From assembly GCA_965224485.1 (NCBI GenBank), contig CBDCZH010000015.1, positions 64,001 to 128,000 of the forward strand: a stretch of DNA of 64,000 bases, in the 5' to 3' direction. The notes under the pieces are model-generated. The model did not search any database. It saw nothing but the letters and a program-made list of their open reading frames with translations, and was not told where the DNA came from. Of the stretch, positions 47,425 through 58,179 are shown in pieces. The position numbers were made by a program, and so were the translations under genes. The number at the start of each line of letters is the position of its first letter. The stretch's first letter is position 1. Source of the DNA: Arcobacteraceae bacterium. Lineage in GTDB: Bacteria; Campylobacterota; Campylobacteria; Campylobacterales; Arcobacteraceae.

Positions 47425-48118
47425 TTTTAACCAAGGTAGAGAAATTTTTAACCGTAGGAATAATAAATTCAACCTTGTATGATGATATATGTTTAGAATC
47501 AGCTACTTTATATATTTTGTTAATTTTAATATCACTCTCTTTATCATTTAGAAAAACTTTTTTATCTTTTATAATGTTTACATCAGAAATAGGAATAAAA
47601 ATTTCAACTTTTGCACTAGATAAGTCTTTTGCTTCATAAAGTACGGTTCCTGGGTTTACATAATCACCTTTTTTTACTGCTATATTGTAAATATAAACAT
47701 CTTTTTCAAGTAGTTTTTTATTTTTAATAGTATCTTTTAAGTTTGCAATTTTTACTAATAAATCTGTTCTTTGTGATTGTAAATTGAGAACTTTTATTTT
47801 TTGATTATCTTTTTCATAAACAGAACGAGAAGATATTTTACTTAATCTTTTATAGTTATTTTCTTCAATTTTTATCATTTGATCATATGAATTTAGTTTT
47901 TCTTGTGAATATTTTAATTCTAAAATATTTACAGAAGAATCTATTTTTATTATAATTGAATTATTCGCTTTAAAACCCTCTATTCCCTCATTTGAGAAAA
48001 CAACTTTTCCACTAACTGATGATTTTACAATATACGTATTAATAGGTTCTAGTTTTGCATAATACTGCATTGAAAAGAGGCTACTTATTAACAAAACACT
48101 TAGAATCATATATCTCAT
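47411..48118 (-). CDS. HlyD/MFP-like periplasmic adaptor
   Basis: Signal peptide; IVKSSVSGKV, coiled coil, VKKGDYVNPGTVL lipoyl-like halves. Confidence 0.7.
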   Translation of the reverse strand: MRYMILSVLLISSLFSMQYYAKLEPINTYIVKSSVSGKVVFSNEGIEGFKANNSIIIKIDSSVNILELKYSQEKLNSYDQMIKIEENNYKRLSKISSRSVYEKDNQKIKVLNLQSQRTDLLVKIANLKDTIKNKKLLEKDVYIYNIAVKKGDYVNPGTVLYEAKDLSSAKVEIFIPISDVNIIKDKKVFLNDKESDIKINKIYKVADSKHISSYKVEFIIPTVKNFSTLVKIEFK

Positions 48119-49578
48119 TTAAATTCCTTTAAAATTTCTATTATTTCTTTTTTTAAACTTGATAAATTTTTATTATCAGTTTTTTCTATATCAAAAATCA
48201 AAGAGTCTAATTTTTCATTTTTACTTAAATATGGGAATAAACACTTAAGCAAATCTTTTTTACAAGAAGCTTTTTTAATTTTGATAATAATTGGGAGATC
48301 TTGCTTTTTATTAGATTTATTTATAACATAAAAGTATAAACCAATAGTTAATAATGTAAAAATAATTCCCATAATAAAATATAAGCTTTTTGTAAATAAA
48401 GAGCTTTTAATAAAAATCTCTTTATTTTGAAGGTCATTTTTTACAGCAGTACTTATATTAATGCTTTTTTCAAGTTTTATCTCTTTTTGCACTTTTGCTT
48501 TTACTTTGATTTTAAAACTCTTGGTTTCTTTAATAAGTATTTTTTGAAGTTTCTCATCAAAATACCTAAGTTTAATAGAAGGAATAATAAAATCTCTCTT
48601 AGCTAGTATAGAAAATGTTTTTTCATACTTTGCAAAATATAAATCATTTATAATTTTAGAGCTTATTTTGGCTTTATTTTCATAAATTGTTGTATCTTTA
48701 ATATCTAATTTAATATCTTCCAAATCATCAATATTTCCAAAACCTTCAATGTTTAATTTAAAAGATACAGCTTCACCTTCTTTTATTTCATTTTTATCAA
48801 TACTCGAAGTAATTGAAAAATCACCAATTAAAACTGCATTACCTTTTAGTTTTTTAACTTCTACTTCTAAAGAATTAGAATAAATATTTACTATCTTTGC
48901 CTCTCTTCTAAAAGAGAAAAACTCATTTGAATTTGCATCTAATAAAGATAAATCAACGCGCAAAGGTTCAATCTTTAAGATTCCTTCTTTTTGGGGAAAT
49001 AGAATATATTTTAAATCTTGTACTATATATCCATCTTTTTTATAAGCTTTTTTTGCATCCATTGTTTTGAACCAAAAATTTTTAAAATCGACATTTGATA
49101 AAGAGCTATTTATAATTTGTAAACCCTCTTTATATTTAAAACTCATTGTTAAAACACTTTGCTCACCTACAAATAATGTTTTTTCCTCAAGAGAAATATT
49201 TAGATCAAAATAATCAGATTTTGTTTTTGTAAGTTTTTGTTTCTTAATATGTAAAACTTTTGTTTTTTCATAAACACCATCAATTAAAATAGAAAAAGAC
49301 GGAATGATAAAATCTTTTTGGGGACGTATAAAATATCTTTTTGTGATTTTTGTGCTTATTCTTCCATTTATATTTGAAATAGACTTGCTCTGTCCAGCTT
49401 TTTGCACACTTAATTCCTGGATTTTAGTAATTTTAGGAAAACTTACATCTTTTCCAAAAGCTTCTATTTCAAAATACATATTTTCATTTGGCATAAAAGT
49501 TTTAGCTGCTTTGATATTTACACTAGAAAATAAAAAACTAGTTAATAAGATAAGGATTATAATTTTTTTAATCATCAT
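48115..49578 (-). CDS. BatD family protein
   Basis: SNINGR, FIIPSF, LFPQKEG, IGDFSI, GFGNI; C-terminal TM. Confidence 0.78.
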   Translation of the reverse strand: MMIKKIIILILLTSFLFSSVNIKAAKTFMPNENMYFEIEAFGKDVSFPKITKIQELSVQKAGQSKSISNINGRISTKITKRYFIRPQKDFIIPSFSILIDGVYEKTKVLHIKKQKLTKTKSDYFDLNISLEEKTLFVGEQSVLTMSFKYKEGLQIINSSLSNVDFKNFWFKTMDAKKAYKKDGYIVQDLKYILFPQKEGILKIEPLRVDLSLLDANSNEFFSFRREAKIVNIYSNSLEVEVKKLKGNAVLIGDFSITSSIDKNEIKEGEAVSFKLNIEGFGNIDDLEDIKLDIKDTTIYENKAKISSKIINDLYFAKYEKTFSILAKRDFIIPSIKLRYFDEKLQKILIKETKSFKIKVKAKVQKEIKLEKSINISTAVKNDLQNKEIFIKSSLFTKSLYFIMGIIFTLLTIGLYFYVINKSNKKQDLPIIIKIKKASCKKDLLKCLFPYLSKNEKLDSLIFDIEKTDNKNLSSLKKEIIEILKEFK

Positions 49579-51704
49579 TAAAACTCTAAAGTACCTTCAA
49601 TAGCAAAATTAGCTTTTGAATCAAGTTCTGCATGAGATAAAACGGCAACATCTAAACCAAATTTTTCAAAAATTTCTGAAATTCTTTTTCTTAAACTTGG
49701 GTCTAGCACCATTGCAACTTTATTAAATCCTTTTGCTTCAACTTCTTCCATAAGCTCTTTTGTTTTTGTAACTAAATTATTTATTTCACCAATTGATAAC
49801 ATTAATTGAGAAACACCATGTTGTTCTTGTAGTTTACCTATAAACTGTTGCTCTAAGTCTGGTTTTAAAGTAATAATATGTAAAATATTATCATTTCCTT
49901 TAAACCTTTGAGTAATTAATCTATATAATTTTGATCTAACATGCTCAAGCAATACATCAGGTGCTTTAGTAAACTCAGCAATATCAGCAATTGCTTCAAT
50001 TATAGTTAACATATCAACGATAGGAATTTTCTCATGTAATAAATCTTTTGATACTTTTAATAAAGAACCATAAGAAGTAACCTTCATAGCTTCTTCAACA
50101 ACAATAGGGAAATCAGCTTTTAATCCATCAATTATATCAACTATATCTTGCCTTGTAATAATATCCTCAGCATGCTGTCTTATAACTTCTGAAAGATGAG
50201 TTGAGATAATAGTTGGGGCATCAACAACAGTAAAACCTTTCATTAAAGCTTCTTCTTTTAAATCTTCTTTAATCCAAGTAGCATCAAGATTAAAAACAGG
50301 TTCTTTTACTTTTAAACCTTTCATTTTTGCCCCAGCAATTCCACCCATGGCTAAAAGGTGCTCAATTTCAACCTTACCTGAAGCTAAAGGTATTCTTTTT
50401 AAATATAATTGATACTCATTAGCTCCAATACTAACATCATCTGATATTCTTATTTGTGGAATAATAAAACCAAGTTCACTTGCTACTGTTTTTCTAATAC
50501 CTTTAATTTTATCCAATAACTCAGAATTACCACGAACTAGTTGCAATAATCTAAGACCTAATTTAAGCTCTAATACTTCTAGTTTCATAATATTATCAAT
50601 TTGTTCTTTTTCATTTGGAGCATTTGCTAGTTTTTTATTTTTTAATTCTTCTAAAGAAGTGCTATTTTTAAGCATATTTCCTTTTTCATCTTTTTTATCT
50701 TTTGATTTAAAGAAATTAGTAATAGCGTTATCTTGATTATCTTCTATCATATATATGGTATAACCAATAAGTATCATACCAATACCCATAATCGCTAAAA
50801 TTCCAAAAGGAAAACCTGGAATTAATCCAAAAAGAATCATTCCAAAACCTACGAGAATTAATGCTTTTGAATCTTTAACTAATTGATTTATTACTTCTGT
50901 TGCAAACTTATCTTCATCTAAATTAGATCGTGTAATAATAATAGCTGTAGCAGTTGAAAGAATTAAGGCTGGTATTTGAGCAACTAAACCATCACCAATT
51001 GTTAAAATTGTATATATCTCTCCACTCTCAGCTACTGATAAATCATGTTGAAAAAGACCTATTAGAAGTCCTCCAATTAAATTTACAATAGTAATTACAA
51101 TACCAGCAACTGCATCACCTTTAATAAACTTAGAAGACCCATCCATTGCCCCATAAAAATTTGCTTCTGAAATAAGTGTTTTTCTTCTTTGCTGTGCTTC
51201 TATATCATCAATAAATCCAGCATTTAAATCAGCATCAATTGCCATTTGTTTCCCAGGCATAGAATCAAGTGTAAACCTTGCAGTTACTTCAGCAACTCTA
51301 GTTGCACCTTTTGTTACAACCATAAAATTAATAAGTACTAAAATAATAAAAATAATAACACCAATTACAATATTTCCACCAACAACAAATTCACCAAAAG
51401 CAGCAATTATAGAACTAACTGCTTCTGGACCATTATGTCCTTCACTTAAAATAGACCTTGTAGTTGCTATATTTAAAGCAAGTCTAAAAAGGGCTAAAAT
51501 TAAAATAAGAGTAGGAAAAGTAGTTAAATCAGAGGGTTTTTGAATATATAAAGATATTAAAAGAATTAATAAACCTAAAGATAAAGATACAATTAAAAAG
51601 AAATCCAAAAGTAACTTTGGAAGTGGAACAATGATAATTGCTAAAATAGCAACCATCATTCCAACTACAATTAAATCTTTTGAAAATATCTTCTTTAGAT
51701 TCAT
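49578..51704 (-). CDS. flhA: flagellar export protein FlhA
   Basis: RVAEVTARFTLDSMPGKQMAIDADL, FYGAMDG, GDGLVAQIP. Confidence 0.97.
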   Translation of the reverse strand: MNLKKIFSKDLIVVGMMVAILAIIIVPLPKLLLDFFLIVSLSLGLLILLISLYIQKPSDLTTFPTLILILALFRLALNIATTRSILSEGHNGPEAVSSIIAAFGEFVVGGNIVIGVIIFIILVLINFMVVTKGATRVAEVTARFTLDSMPGKQMAIDADLNAGFIDDIEAQQRRKTLISEANFYGAMDGSSKFIKGDAVAGIVITIVNLIGGLLIGLFQHDLSVAESGEIYTILTIGDGLVAQIPALILSTATAIIITRSNLDEDKFATEVINQLVKDSKALILVGFGMILFGLIPGFPFGILAIMGIGMILIGYTIYMIEDNQDNAITNFFKSKDKKDEKGNMLKNSTSLEELKNKKLANAPNEKEQIDNIMKLEVLELKLGLRLLQLVRGNSELLDKIKGIRKTVASELGFIIPQIRISDDVSIGANEYQLYLKRIPLASGKVEIEHLLAMGGIAGAKMKGLKVKEPVFNLDATWIKEDLKEEALMKGFTVVDAPTIISTHLSEVIRQHAEDIITRQDIVDIIDGLKADFPIVVEEAMKVTSYGSLLKVSKDLLHEKIPIVDMLTIIEAIADIAEFTKAPDVLLEHVRSKLYRLITQRFKGNDNILHIITLKPDLEQQFIGKLQEQHGVSQLMLSIGEINNLVTKTKELMEEVEAKGFNKVAMVLDPSLRKRISEIFEKFGLDVAVLSHAELDSKANFAIEGTLEF

Positions 51705-51722
51705 ATATGTTATTTAGATAAA

Positions 51723-53072
51723 CTATTTAATAAAATTAACTAATGATAATGAACTCATTTTGTTAATAGTTGAATATAAAGCTGTATATGTCATTTCTAA
51801 AGATTTAGCTTCTATTGCTGCTTGTGTTAAATCAGCAGCACTTACATTTACTTGCATAATTTTATAATGATTTAATTTAGCAGAAATATTAGAAGCAGCT
51901 ATTTCAAAAACTTTGTTCTTTCCACCTAGTTTAGCATGTGCTACATTCATTCCATCAAAAGATTTGAGCATATGGTCAAGCTCAGCACTTAAAAGATCTC
52001 TTGTTTCTCCTGGTCCACTAGTTGGATTACCATCAGGTTTTTGATTTCTTAAAGCATGAATAATGTTATCTAAATCATCAAAAATATTATGTTTTGCATC
52101 AAAAACATTTCCTGGTGTTGAAATAGGATTTTGAAATTCAAAAACAGCAGGAGTTGAAGCAGTTGCTTCTTTTGTTTGAACTATATTTTTAAATTCATTT
52201 GTAATTTTACCTTCAATATCATGTTTGATAAGTTGACCTATACCTAAAGATATTGGAGTTGCTGGACTCGTAGGAACTGTTACATTATATGTACTTCCAG
52301 ATACTTGAGTTGCTGGAATTGTACCACCTAATCCATCTTCTAATTGAGGGATTCCTGCATTTAAAGTCCAAGATTTTCCACTTTCATCTAAAATTGGTTG
52401 AGAAGAATCAAAAGTAATAACATTTCCACTTGAAACAACAGGTGGTTTCTTCCACTCATTATTATCTTGATCAACTACTCGCTCATCTGCTGAAAAAGTA
52501 AGTTTATCACCATTATATGCTGTATCACTTGAATACATAGCCATATCAAAACCAGTAATACCTTTGTTTCTGTACTCATTATATTCAACAGCTACTCTTC
52601 TTGTATGTGCATCACCCATATAAGTAACTTTACCGTCTGCATCTTTTACAAAAGGAAGAACAGTAGAGTCTGATCCTGCAAATATATACTCGCCTTCAAC
52701 TTCTTCATTTGCCATCATAAATATATTATCTTTAACACCTTCAATATTTACAGCAATAGCTTCCCTTGAAGCAATATCTGTTCCTGCATTTAAAGATTTC
52801 ATTAATTCAGATTTCACGTAATCCATAAGTTCTTTAATTGAATTCATTGAAGAATCAGAAATAGTATTTTGAGCTTTTGTTTTATCAATTTGAAGCTTTA
52901 AACCTTTATATACTCTCATTTTGTCATTTACATAAACTTCTTGTGTAAAAACAGAAGTATCTTCACTTCCGAAATCAATTTTTTTATGTGAACTTAACTG
53001 AAAAGAAAGATGTATTTGTTTCTCATTTAAGTTAGAAAGTCGAAATAAGGTCTCACTCGTAGTGCTAATCAT
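51723..53072 (-). CDS. flgL: flagellar hook-associated protein 3
   Basis: Flagellin-like termini, GEYIFAGS, C-terminal LSLVNFIK. Confidence 0.85.
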   Translation of the reverse strand: MISTTSETLFRLSNLNEKQIHLSFQLSSHKKIDFGSEDTSVFTQEVYVNDKMRVYKGLKLQIDKTKAQNTISDSSMNSIKELMDYVKSELMKSLNAGTDIASREAIAVNIEGVKDNIFMMANEEVEGEYIFAGSDSTVLPFVKDADGKVTYMGDAHTRRVAVEYNEYRNKGITGFDMAMYSSDTAYNGDKLTFSADERVVDQDNNEWKKPPVVSSGNVITFDSSQPILDESGKSWTLNAGIPQLEDGLGGTIPATQVSGSTYNVTVPTSPATPISLGIGQLIKHDIEGKITNEFKNIVQTKEATASTPAVFEFQNPISTPGNVFDAKHNIFDDLDNIIHALRNQKPDGNPTSGPGETRDLLSAELDHMLKSFDGMNVAHAKLGGKNKVFEIAASNISAKLNHYKIMQVNVSAADLTQAAIEAKSLEMTYTALYSTINKMSSLSLVNFIK

Positions 53073-54375
53073 TATGTACCTCCATAAATAGTTTTAATAT
53101 GGTATCAAAACTGTATTCTTCATCAACTCCTTGGACTAAGAACTCTCTAATTTGTTCTTTTTTAGCCAAAGCTTTATCTAGTTCCTTGTCCATACCTTCT
53201 TTGTATGCACCAACACGAACTAAAACTTCATTCTCTTTTATTAATGATAATACTCTTTTTAGCTTTAAAAAACCTTTATAATGCTCACTACTTACTACTT
53301 TATCAATTACCCTTGATGCTGATTTTAATATATTTATAGGAGGATAAAAACCTTGTTCTGTTAAATCTCGTGTTAGAACAATATGTCCATCTAGAATTGA
53401 TCTACTTTGATCAGCAATTGGGTCATTCATATCATCACCATCAACTAAAATAGTAAAAAAAGCAGTAATAGATCCCTTAGCATTATTTCCAGCTCTCTCC
53501 ATAAGTTGTGGTAATAAAGCAAATACTGAAGGTGGATAACCTCTTGAAACAGGAGGTTCACCTGTACTTAAACCAATTTCTCTTTGCGCCATTGCAAATC
53601 TTGTTACTGAATCCATCATAAGTAGAACATCATGTCCTTTATCTCTAAAAAACTCAGCAATAGCCATAGCAGTAAAAGCACCATATTTACGCATTAAAGC
53701 CGATTCATCAGAAGTTGCTGCAATTATAATAGTATTTTCTAAATCGTTATTTAAATTATAATGAATAAATTCAGGGATTTCTCTTCCTCTCTCCCCTATC
53801 AAAGCTACAACTTTTATTTGAGCTTCACATCCTTTTACAATCATTCCCATTAAAGTAGACTTTCCAACACCACTTCCAGCAAAAATTCCTACTTTTTGAC
53901 CTTTTCCAGAAGTCAACATAGAATCAATAGCTTTAACCCCAGTCGAAAATCTTTCATCTATAATTCCACGCTCAAGTGCAGGCATTGATAATTTATTAAT
54001 AGGAGAGGTTTCTTCTAAATCTCTTATTTTCCCCTTATTATCAATGGGGTCACCTAAGGCATTTACAACACGACCTAATAAACCATAACCTGTTTTAACA
54101 CTAAGTCCATCTTTTTGCAAATAAACTTTATCATGTATTCTAAACCCATCAATAAAAGAAAAAGGAACAATAGTAAAAACTTCCGAATCAATTGAAGCTA
54201 CCATTCCTAAAACTGTATATAAATGTTGTTGGGATTCTATTTTAACAATATCTCCAACAGCAACCTCTAGACCAGAAGCTTTAATTGTAGTTGTACTAAT
54301 ATGTTTAATTCTACCAAAAGGAATAACTAAACTACTTGTGTCAATGGAATCTAAAAGTTCATCAATATTTATCAT
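53065..54375 (-). CDS. fliI: flagellar export ATPase
   Basis: FAGSGVGKST, GERGRE, DSVTRFAMAQREIGL, GYPPSVF; probable start 54375. Confidence 0.96.
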   Translation of the reverse strand: MINIDELLDSIDTSSLVIPFGRIKHISTTTIKASGLEVAVGDIVKIESQQHLYTVLGMVASIDSEVFTIVPFSFIDGFRIHDKVYLQKDGLSVKTGYGLLGRVVNALGDPIDNKGKIRDLEETSPINKLSMPALERGIIDERFSTGVKAIDSMLTSGKGQKVGIFAGSGVGKSTLMGMIVKGCEAQIKVVALIGERGREIPEFIHYNLNNDLENTIIIAATSDESALMRKYGAFTAMAIAEFFRDKGHDVLLMMDSVTRFAMAQREIGLSTGEPPVSRGYPPSVFALLPQLMERAGNNAKGSITAFFTILVDGDDMNDPIADQSRSILDGHIVLTRDLTEQGFYPPINILKSASRVIDKVVSSEHYKGFLKLKRVLSLIKENEVLVRVGAYKEGMDKELDKALAKKEQIREFLVQGVDEEYSFDTILKLFMEVHND

Positions 54376-54376
54376 T

Positions 54377-56371
54377 TTACAACTTATCACACATATTTTT
54401 ATATAAAGAATCTTTTGTATTTTTAAGCTCTTTACACTTTAAAATATAATCATCTTTTTTAACATTATTTCCTAAATCTTCATATAAATTTATTAATTCA
54501 TAATACATTTGAGCTAAATCATTATCTTTTATTTTTCTTTTAATATCTAAACCTTCTAATAAATAATCCATAGATTTTTCTTTATTATTTTTATTTTTCT
54601 CATTTAAAGCAAGTTGGATCTCAACAAAAGGGCTATAAACCCTAGCTTTAAAATCTTTTTGCTTTTCATATAATTTATTTAAAATATCATAAGCAAAAAG
54701 ATTATTTTCCTTACTAAGTAAATATAAATAAAATTGATAATAAAAATCAATAATTAAAGGATTTTTTAAATTATCTTCAATATAGTTTTGTTTTTTTAAA
54801 GCATAAGCAAAAAACTTTTGCATTGAAACTGTATCTTCTTTAGAGCTTAAAATTAGAAATCTTTGTAAAAACTCTTTTGATAAGATATCTTCATTATTAA
54901 CCATATCAACTTTTGATGAAAAACCTAAAGCTTCATCATATAAACCTAAAGAAAAAGCAATTTTTTCTAAATACAAATAAACTTCAGCATCTCTTCTTGA
55001 ATTAAAAGTATCTTTTATAAGCTCATATGCTCTTTTATTTGGTACTTCTGTTAAACATTGAAAAAAATCAAACTTTTTTTCTTTATCTTCTACTAAAAGA
55101 AGAAGAGTTTTTCTTCTAACTTTTTTCAAGGCTTCATTTAAGTCAAAACATTTATTTTGAGCTAACAATTCTTTTATTCTTAAAATATTTATTTCATCAA
55201 AAATTGTTTCAACACTTTCATATCCAAACCTTTTTGTAATACTTGTTGAAATTGTTCTATATATTTTTTTTGCTTTTAAAATATAAGCAAATTTTTTATT
55301 TTCTTTATCATTTAATAATTCTTGCAATAAGATTTTTTGCTGCATTGATTGAGAATTTTTATACTTTTTAGACAAAGAAGCAGGTTTTATTTGACCTTCT
55401 CTCATCAAAATTTCATCAATTGACATTCTAATTTTTCTTGCATACATAGTTTTTGGATAAAAGTTTAAAACATCTTTATATAACTCTTTTGCTTTAAATA
55501 AATAATAATCAGTTTTATCATACATTAACATATATGTATTTGCTAACTTATATTTAAAATCTTCAATAGACTCATCTTTTGTGGTTTTTAACAAAAGTTC
55601 TTGAAGTATTTCGACTGCAAATTCTGGCATATTAGCTTTTATTAACTTATTTACTTTTTGTATTGCTAGATATGAATCATTTGCATAATATTCAATATTT
55701 TTTGTTAATACTTTTGAAACTAAATTATATGCTTTTTCCTTTTCATTATTTAAAATATACGTATCAAAAAGTTCATCTGCTACAATTGTAGCTATTAAAA
55801 TATTAGTAGTTTTTGTTAAGATTTCATATAAAACTTTTGTAGCTTTTTTATAAGATTTTGTATGTTTATAGACTTTAGCTAGATATATTTTACCATAAGC
55901 CTTAGTAATAGGATCATCAAAATTATTTATAATAGTAAGTGCAAAATATTTTGCATCATTAACTTTATTTACTCTAAGCTTTAACTCAACTAATAACATA
56001 TAAGCCTTAGGTAAATCAGAGTCTCTTATAACTGAATCATTAATAGCATGCTCTAACTCATCAGTTGCATCAAGTGCTATTCGTGTAAATTTTTTTTTAA
56101 TTGCTAATTGAGCATAAGCAATCATAATATCAGAATCTAATACCTTAACTCTATTTTGAAGTTTAAAAGCTAAAATCTGGTCATAAGCTTCATTGATTTT
56201 ACCCTCTTTTGCTTGATTTTTAACATGATTAATAATATCAAAACCATCAGAAATCGCTTGTTTTCTTTTCTCAGAAATTTGTGTTCCACTAGAATTTATA
56301 AAACCATAATAAAAATCTTTTTTTGCATTAAGAAAAGTAAGTGTTAATAAAATCAATAATATTTTTTTCAT
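54377..56371 (-). CDS. exported TPR-like protein in flagellar operon
   Basis: Signal peptide; helical TPR-like repeats; between flhB and fliI. Confidence 0.7.
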   Translation of the reverse strand: MKKILLILLTLTFLNAKKDFYYGFINSSGTQISEKRKQAISDGFDIINHVKNQAKEGKINEAYDQILAFKLQNRVKVLDSDIMIAYAQLAIKKKFTRIALDATDELEHAINDSVIRDSDLPKAYMLLVELKLRVNKVNDAKYFALTIINNFDDPITKAYGKIYLAKVYKHTKSYKKATKVLYEILTKTTNILIATIVADELFDTYILNNEKEKAYNLVSKVLTKNIEYYANDSYLAIQKVNKLIKANMPEFAVEILQELLLKTTKDESIEDFKYKLANTYMLMYDKTDYYLFKAKELYKDVLNFYPKTMYARKIRMSIDEILMREGQIKPASLSKKYKNSQSMQQKILLQELLNDKENKKFAYILKAKKIYRTISTSITKRFGYESVETIFDEINILRIKELLAQNKCFDLNEALKKVRRKTLLLLVEDKEKKFDFFQCLTEVPNKRAYELIKDTFNSRRDAEVYLYLEKIAFSLGLYDEALGFSSKVDMVNNEDILSKEFLQRFLILSSKEDTVSMQKFFAYALKKQNYIEDNLKNPLIIDFYYQFYLYLLSKENNLFAYDILNKLYEKQKDFKARVYSPFVEIQLALNEKNKNNKEKSMDYLLEGLDIKRKIKDNDLAQMYYELINLYEDLGNNVKKDDYILKCKELKNTKDSLYKNMCDKL

Positions 56372-56374
56372 TTC

Positions 56375-57421
56375 CTAACCTTTTTTTAATTCAAATACAT
56401 AAGAGAATATTTCAGCAATCGCTTTGTAAAACTCTTCTGGAATAACTTGCTCAACTTCTAACTGATCATATAAAGCCCTTGCTAATGCAGGGTTTTCAAT
56501 AATTGGAATATCATTTTCTCTTGCTAAATCTTTTATTTTAATAGCAATAAAATCAATTCCTTTTGCAACAATTTTAGGCGCATTACTTACTTCATTATCA
56601 TACTTCATAGCAACAGCATAATGACTAGGATTAGTAATAACAACATCAGCATCAGGAACATTAGACATCATACGCTCCATAGCCATCTTCATTTGAATTC
56701 TTCTAATTCTAGCTTTTACTTCTGGATTACCTTCCATATTTTTATGTTCATCTTTAATCTCTTGCTTAGACATTTTTAAAGATTTAATATAATAATGTTT
56801 CGTAAAATAAAAATCTATTATAGCAAAAAGAAGTATAATAAATATTATTGCTGCTAAAAAATATGTTATTAAAAGAATCATCGTATCCATAGAAGCTGAT
56901 AATTCTTTATCCATCATTTCTAAAAACATTTCCCCTGTTAAAGATAAAAGAAGAATATTTACAAAAACAATTAAAGTTAATTTAGCTGTTAATTTTGAAG
57001 CTTCTAAAATTTTCTTTAAGGCAAAAAGAGATTTTAAACCTTTTATTGGGTCTAATTTAGCGAAATCCATTTTTAAAGGGTTTAAAAGCATTCCAAATTG
57101 AGCCCAATTAGCAGCAAGGGCTAAAAAAACAACTAGCATAAAAAAAGGTAATAAGACTGTAATGCCTGTTCTTACAAAGGTATAATAAAGTGAAGCATAC
57201 ACTTCAGGACTTAAATCTTCTTTTATGAAAGAAAAAGAGTATTTCATTAAATCTTGTATGGTTTTAAACATATGGGAAGAGTAAAATAGTAAATAAATAG
57301 TTCCAAATAAAATTGTAGTAGCTCCTACAATTTCAGCAGATTTACCTACATTACCCTCACTTCTAGCATCAGATATTTTTTTGGAGGTGGGTTCTTCTGT
57401 TTTATCATCATCATCAGCCAT
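56375..57421 (-). CDS. flhB: flagellar export protein FlhB
   Basis: KTEEPT, EGNPEVK, autocleavage TNPSH, LARALY. Confidence 0.96.
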   Translation of the reverse strand: MADDDDKTEEPTSKKISDARSEGNVGKSAEIVGATTILFGTIYLLFYSSHMFKTIQDLMKYSFSFIKEDLSPEVYASLYYTFVRTGITVLLPFFMLVVFLALAANWAQFGMLLNPLKMDFAKLDPIKGLKSLFALKKILEASKLTAKLTLIVFVNILLLSLTGEMFLEMMDKELSASMDTMILLITYFLAAIIFIILLFAIIDFYFTKHYYIKSLKMSKQEIKDEHKNMEGNPEVKARIRRIQMKMAMERMMSNVPDADVVITNPSHYAVAMKYDNEVSNAPKIVAKGIDFIAIKIKDLARENDIPIIENPALARALYDQLEVEQVIPEEFYKAIAEIFSYVFELKKG

Positions 57422-57429
57422 AACTTACC

Positions 57430-58179
57430 TTACTCAAATTTACTTAAAAAATAATTTGTAAAACTATCAGCAAAAATTTCCATACCTAACATCATAAAAA
57501 TGAAAATTAATGAAAATTTTAACTGAAAAGTAATCACAAAAGGAGAAAATGCAGGCATAGATTTTGTACCATAACCATAATACATATCAACAATAAAACC
57601 TATAAAAAATAAAGGAAAAGCAAATGCAAAAGAGAATGCAAACATTCTATTGATTTCATCAATAGCAATTCCTACCCCATCATATGAAAAAATATCAAAA
57701 GTTCCTAAAGTAATTAAAGAAAAACTTTTTGCTAAAATAACAAAAGTCATTTCATACATTCCTGTTTCAAAAAACAAAGCCAAAGAGATATAAAATAGCA
57801 ATCTTGCAACAATACCTTGCTGTGATCCAGAAGCAGGATCAAAAAAGTTTGCCATTGCTAAAGCTGTTGCATATCCAACAAATTCACCAATAATCTTTAC
57901 TGCTGAAAAAATGATATTTACAAGAAAAGAAGCTACTAAACCCAAAGAAATTTCAGAAAGCAAAGCTAAGACAAATTCATTTTCACTAATATTATTTTGT
58001 GTAGTAACTATTGGAAAAAGAAAAATTGTAATAAAAAAAGATAAACCTATTCTTACTTTAACAGGAACAGAAGGGTGTCCAAAAATTGGCATAAAAGCCA
58101 TAAAAGACAAAATTCTAGCTAAAAGAAGTAAAAACTTAAATAATACCTCTTCATTTAATAAAGATAATAAGGCTTCCAT
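57430..58179 (-). CDS. fliR: flagellar export protein FliR
   Basis: LARI..MPIFG, EISLGL, FDPASG; upstream of flhB. Confidence 0.9.
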   Translation of the reverse strand: MEALLSLLNEEVLFKFLLLLARILSFMAFMPIFGHPSVPVKVRIGLSFFITIFLFPIVTTQNNISENEFVLALLSEISLGLVASFLVNIIFSAVKIIGEFVGYATALAMANFFDPASGSQQGIVARLLFYISLALFFETGMYEMTFVILAKSFSLITLGTFDIFSYDGVGIAIDEINRMFAFSFAFAFPLFFIGFIVDMYYGYGTKSMPAFSPFVITFQLKFSLIFIFMMLGMEIFADSFTNYFLSKFE

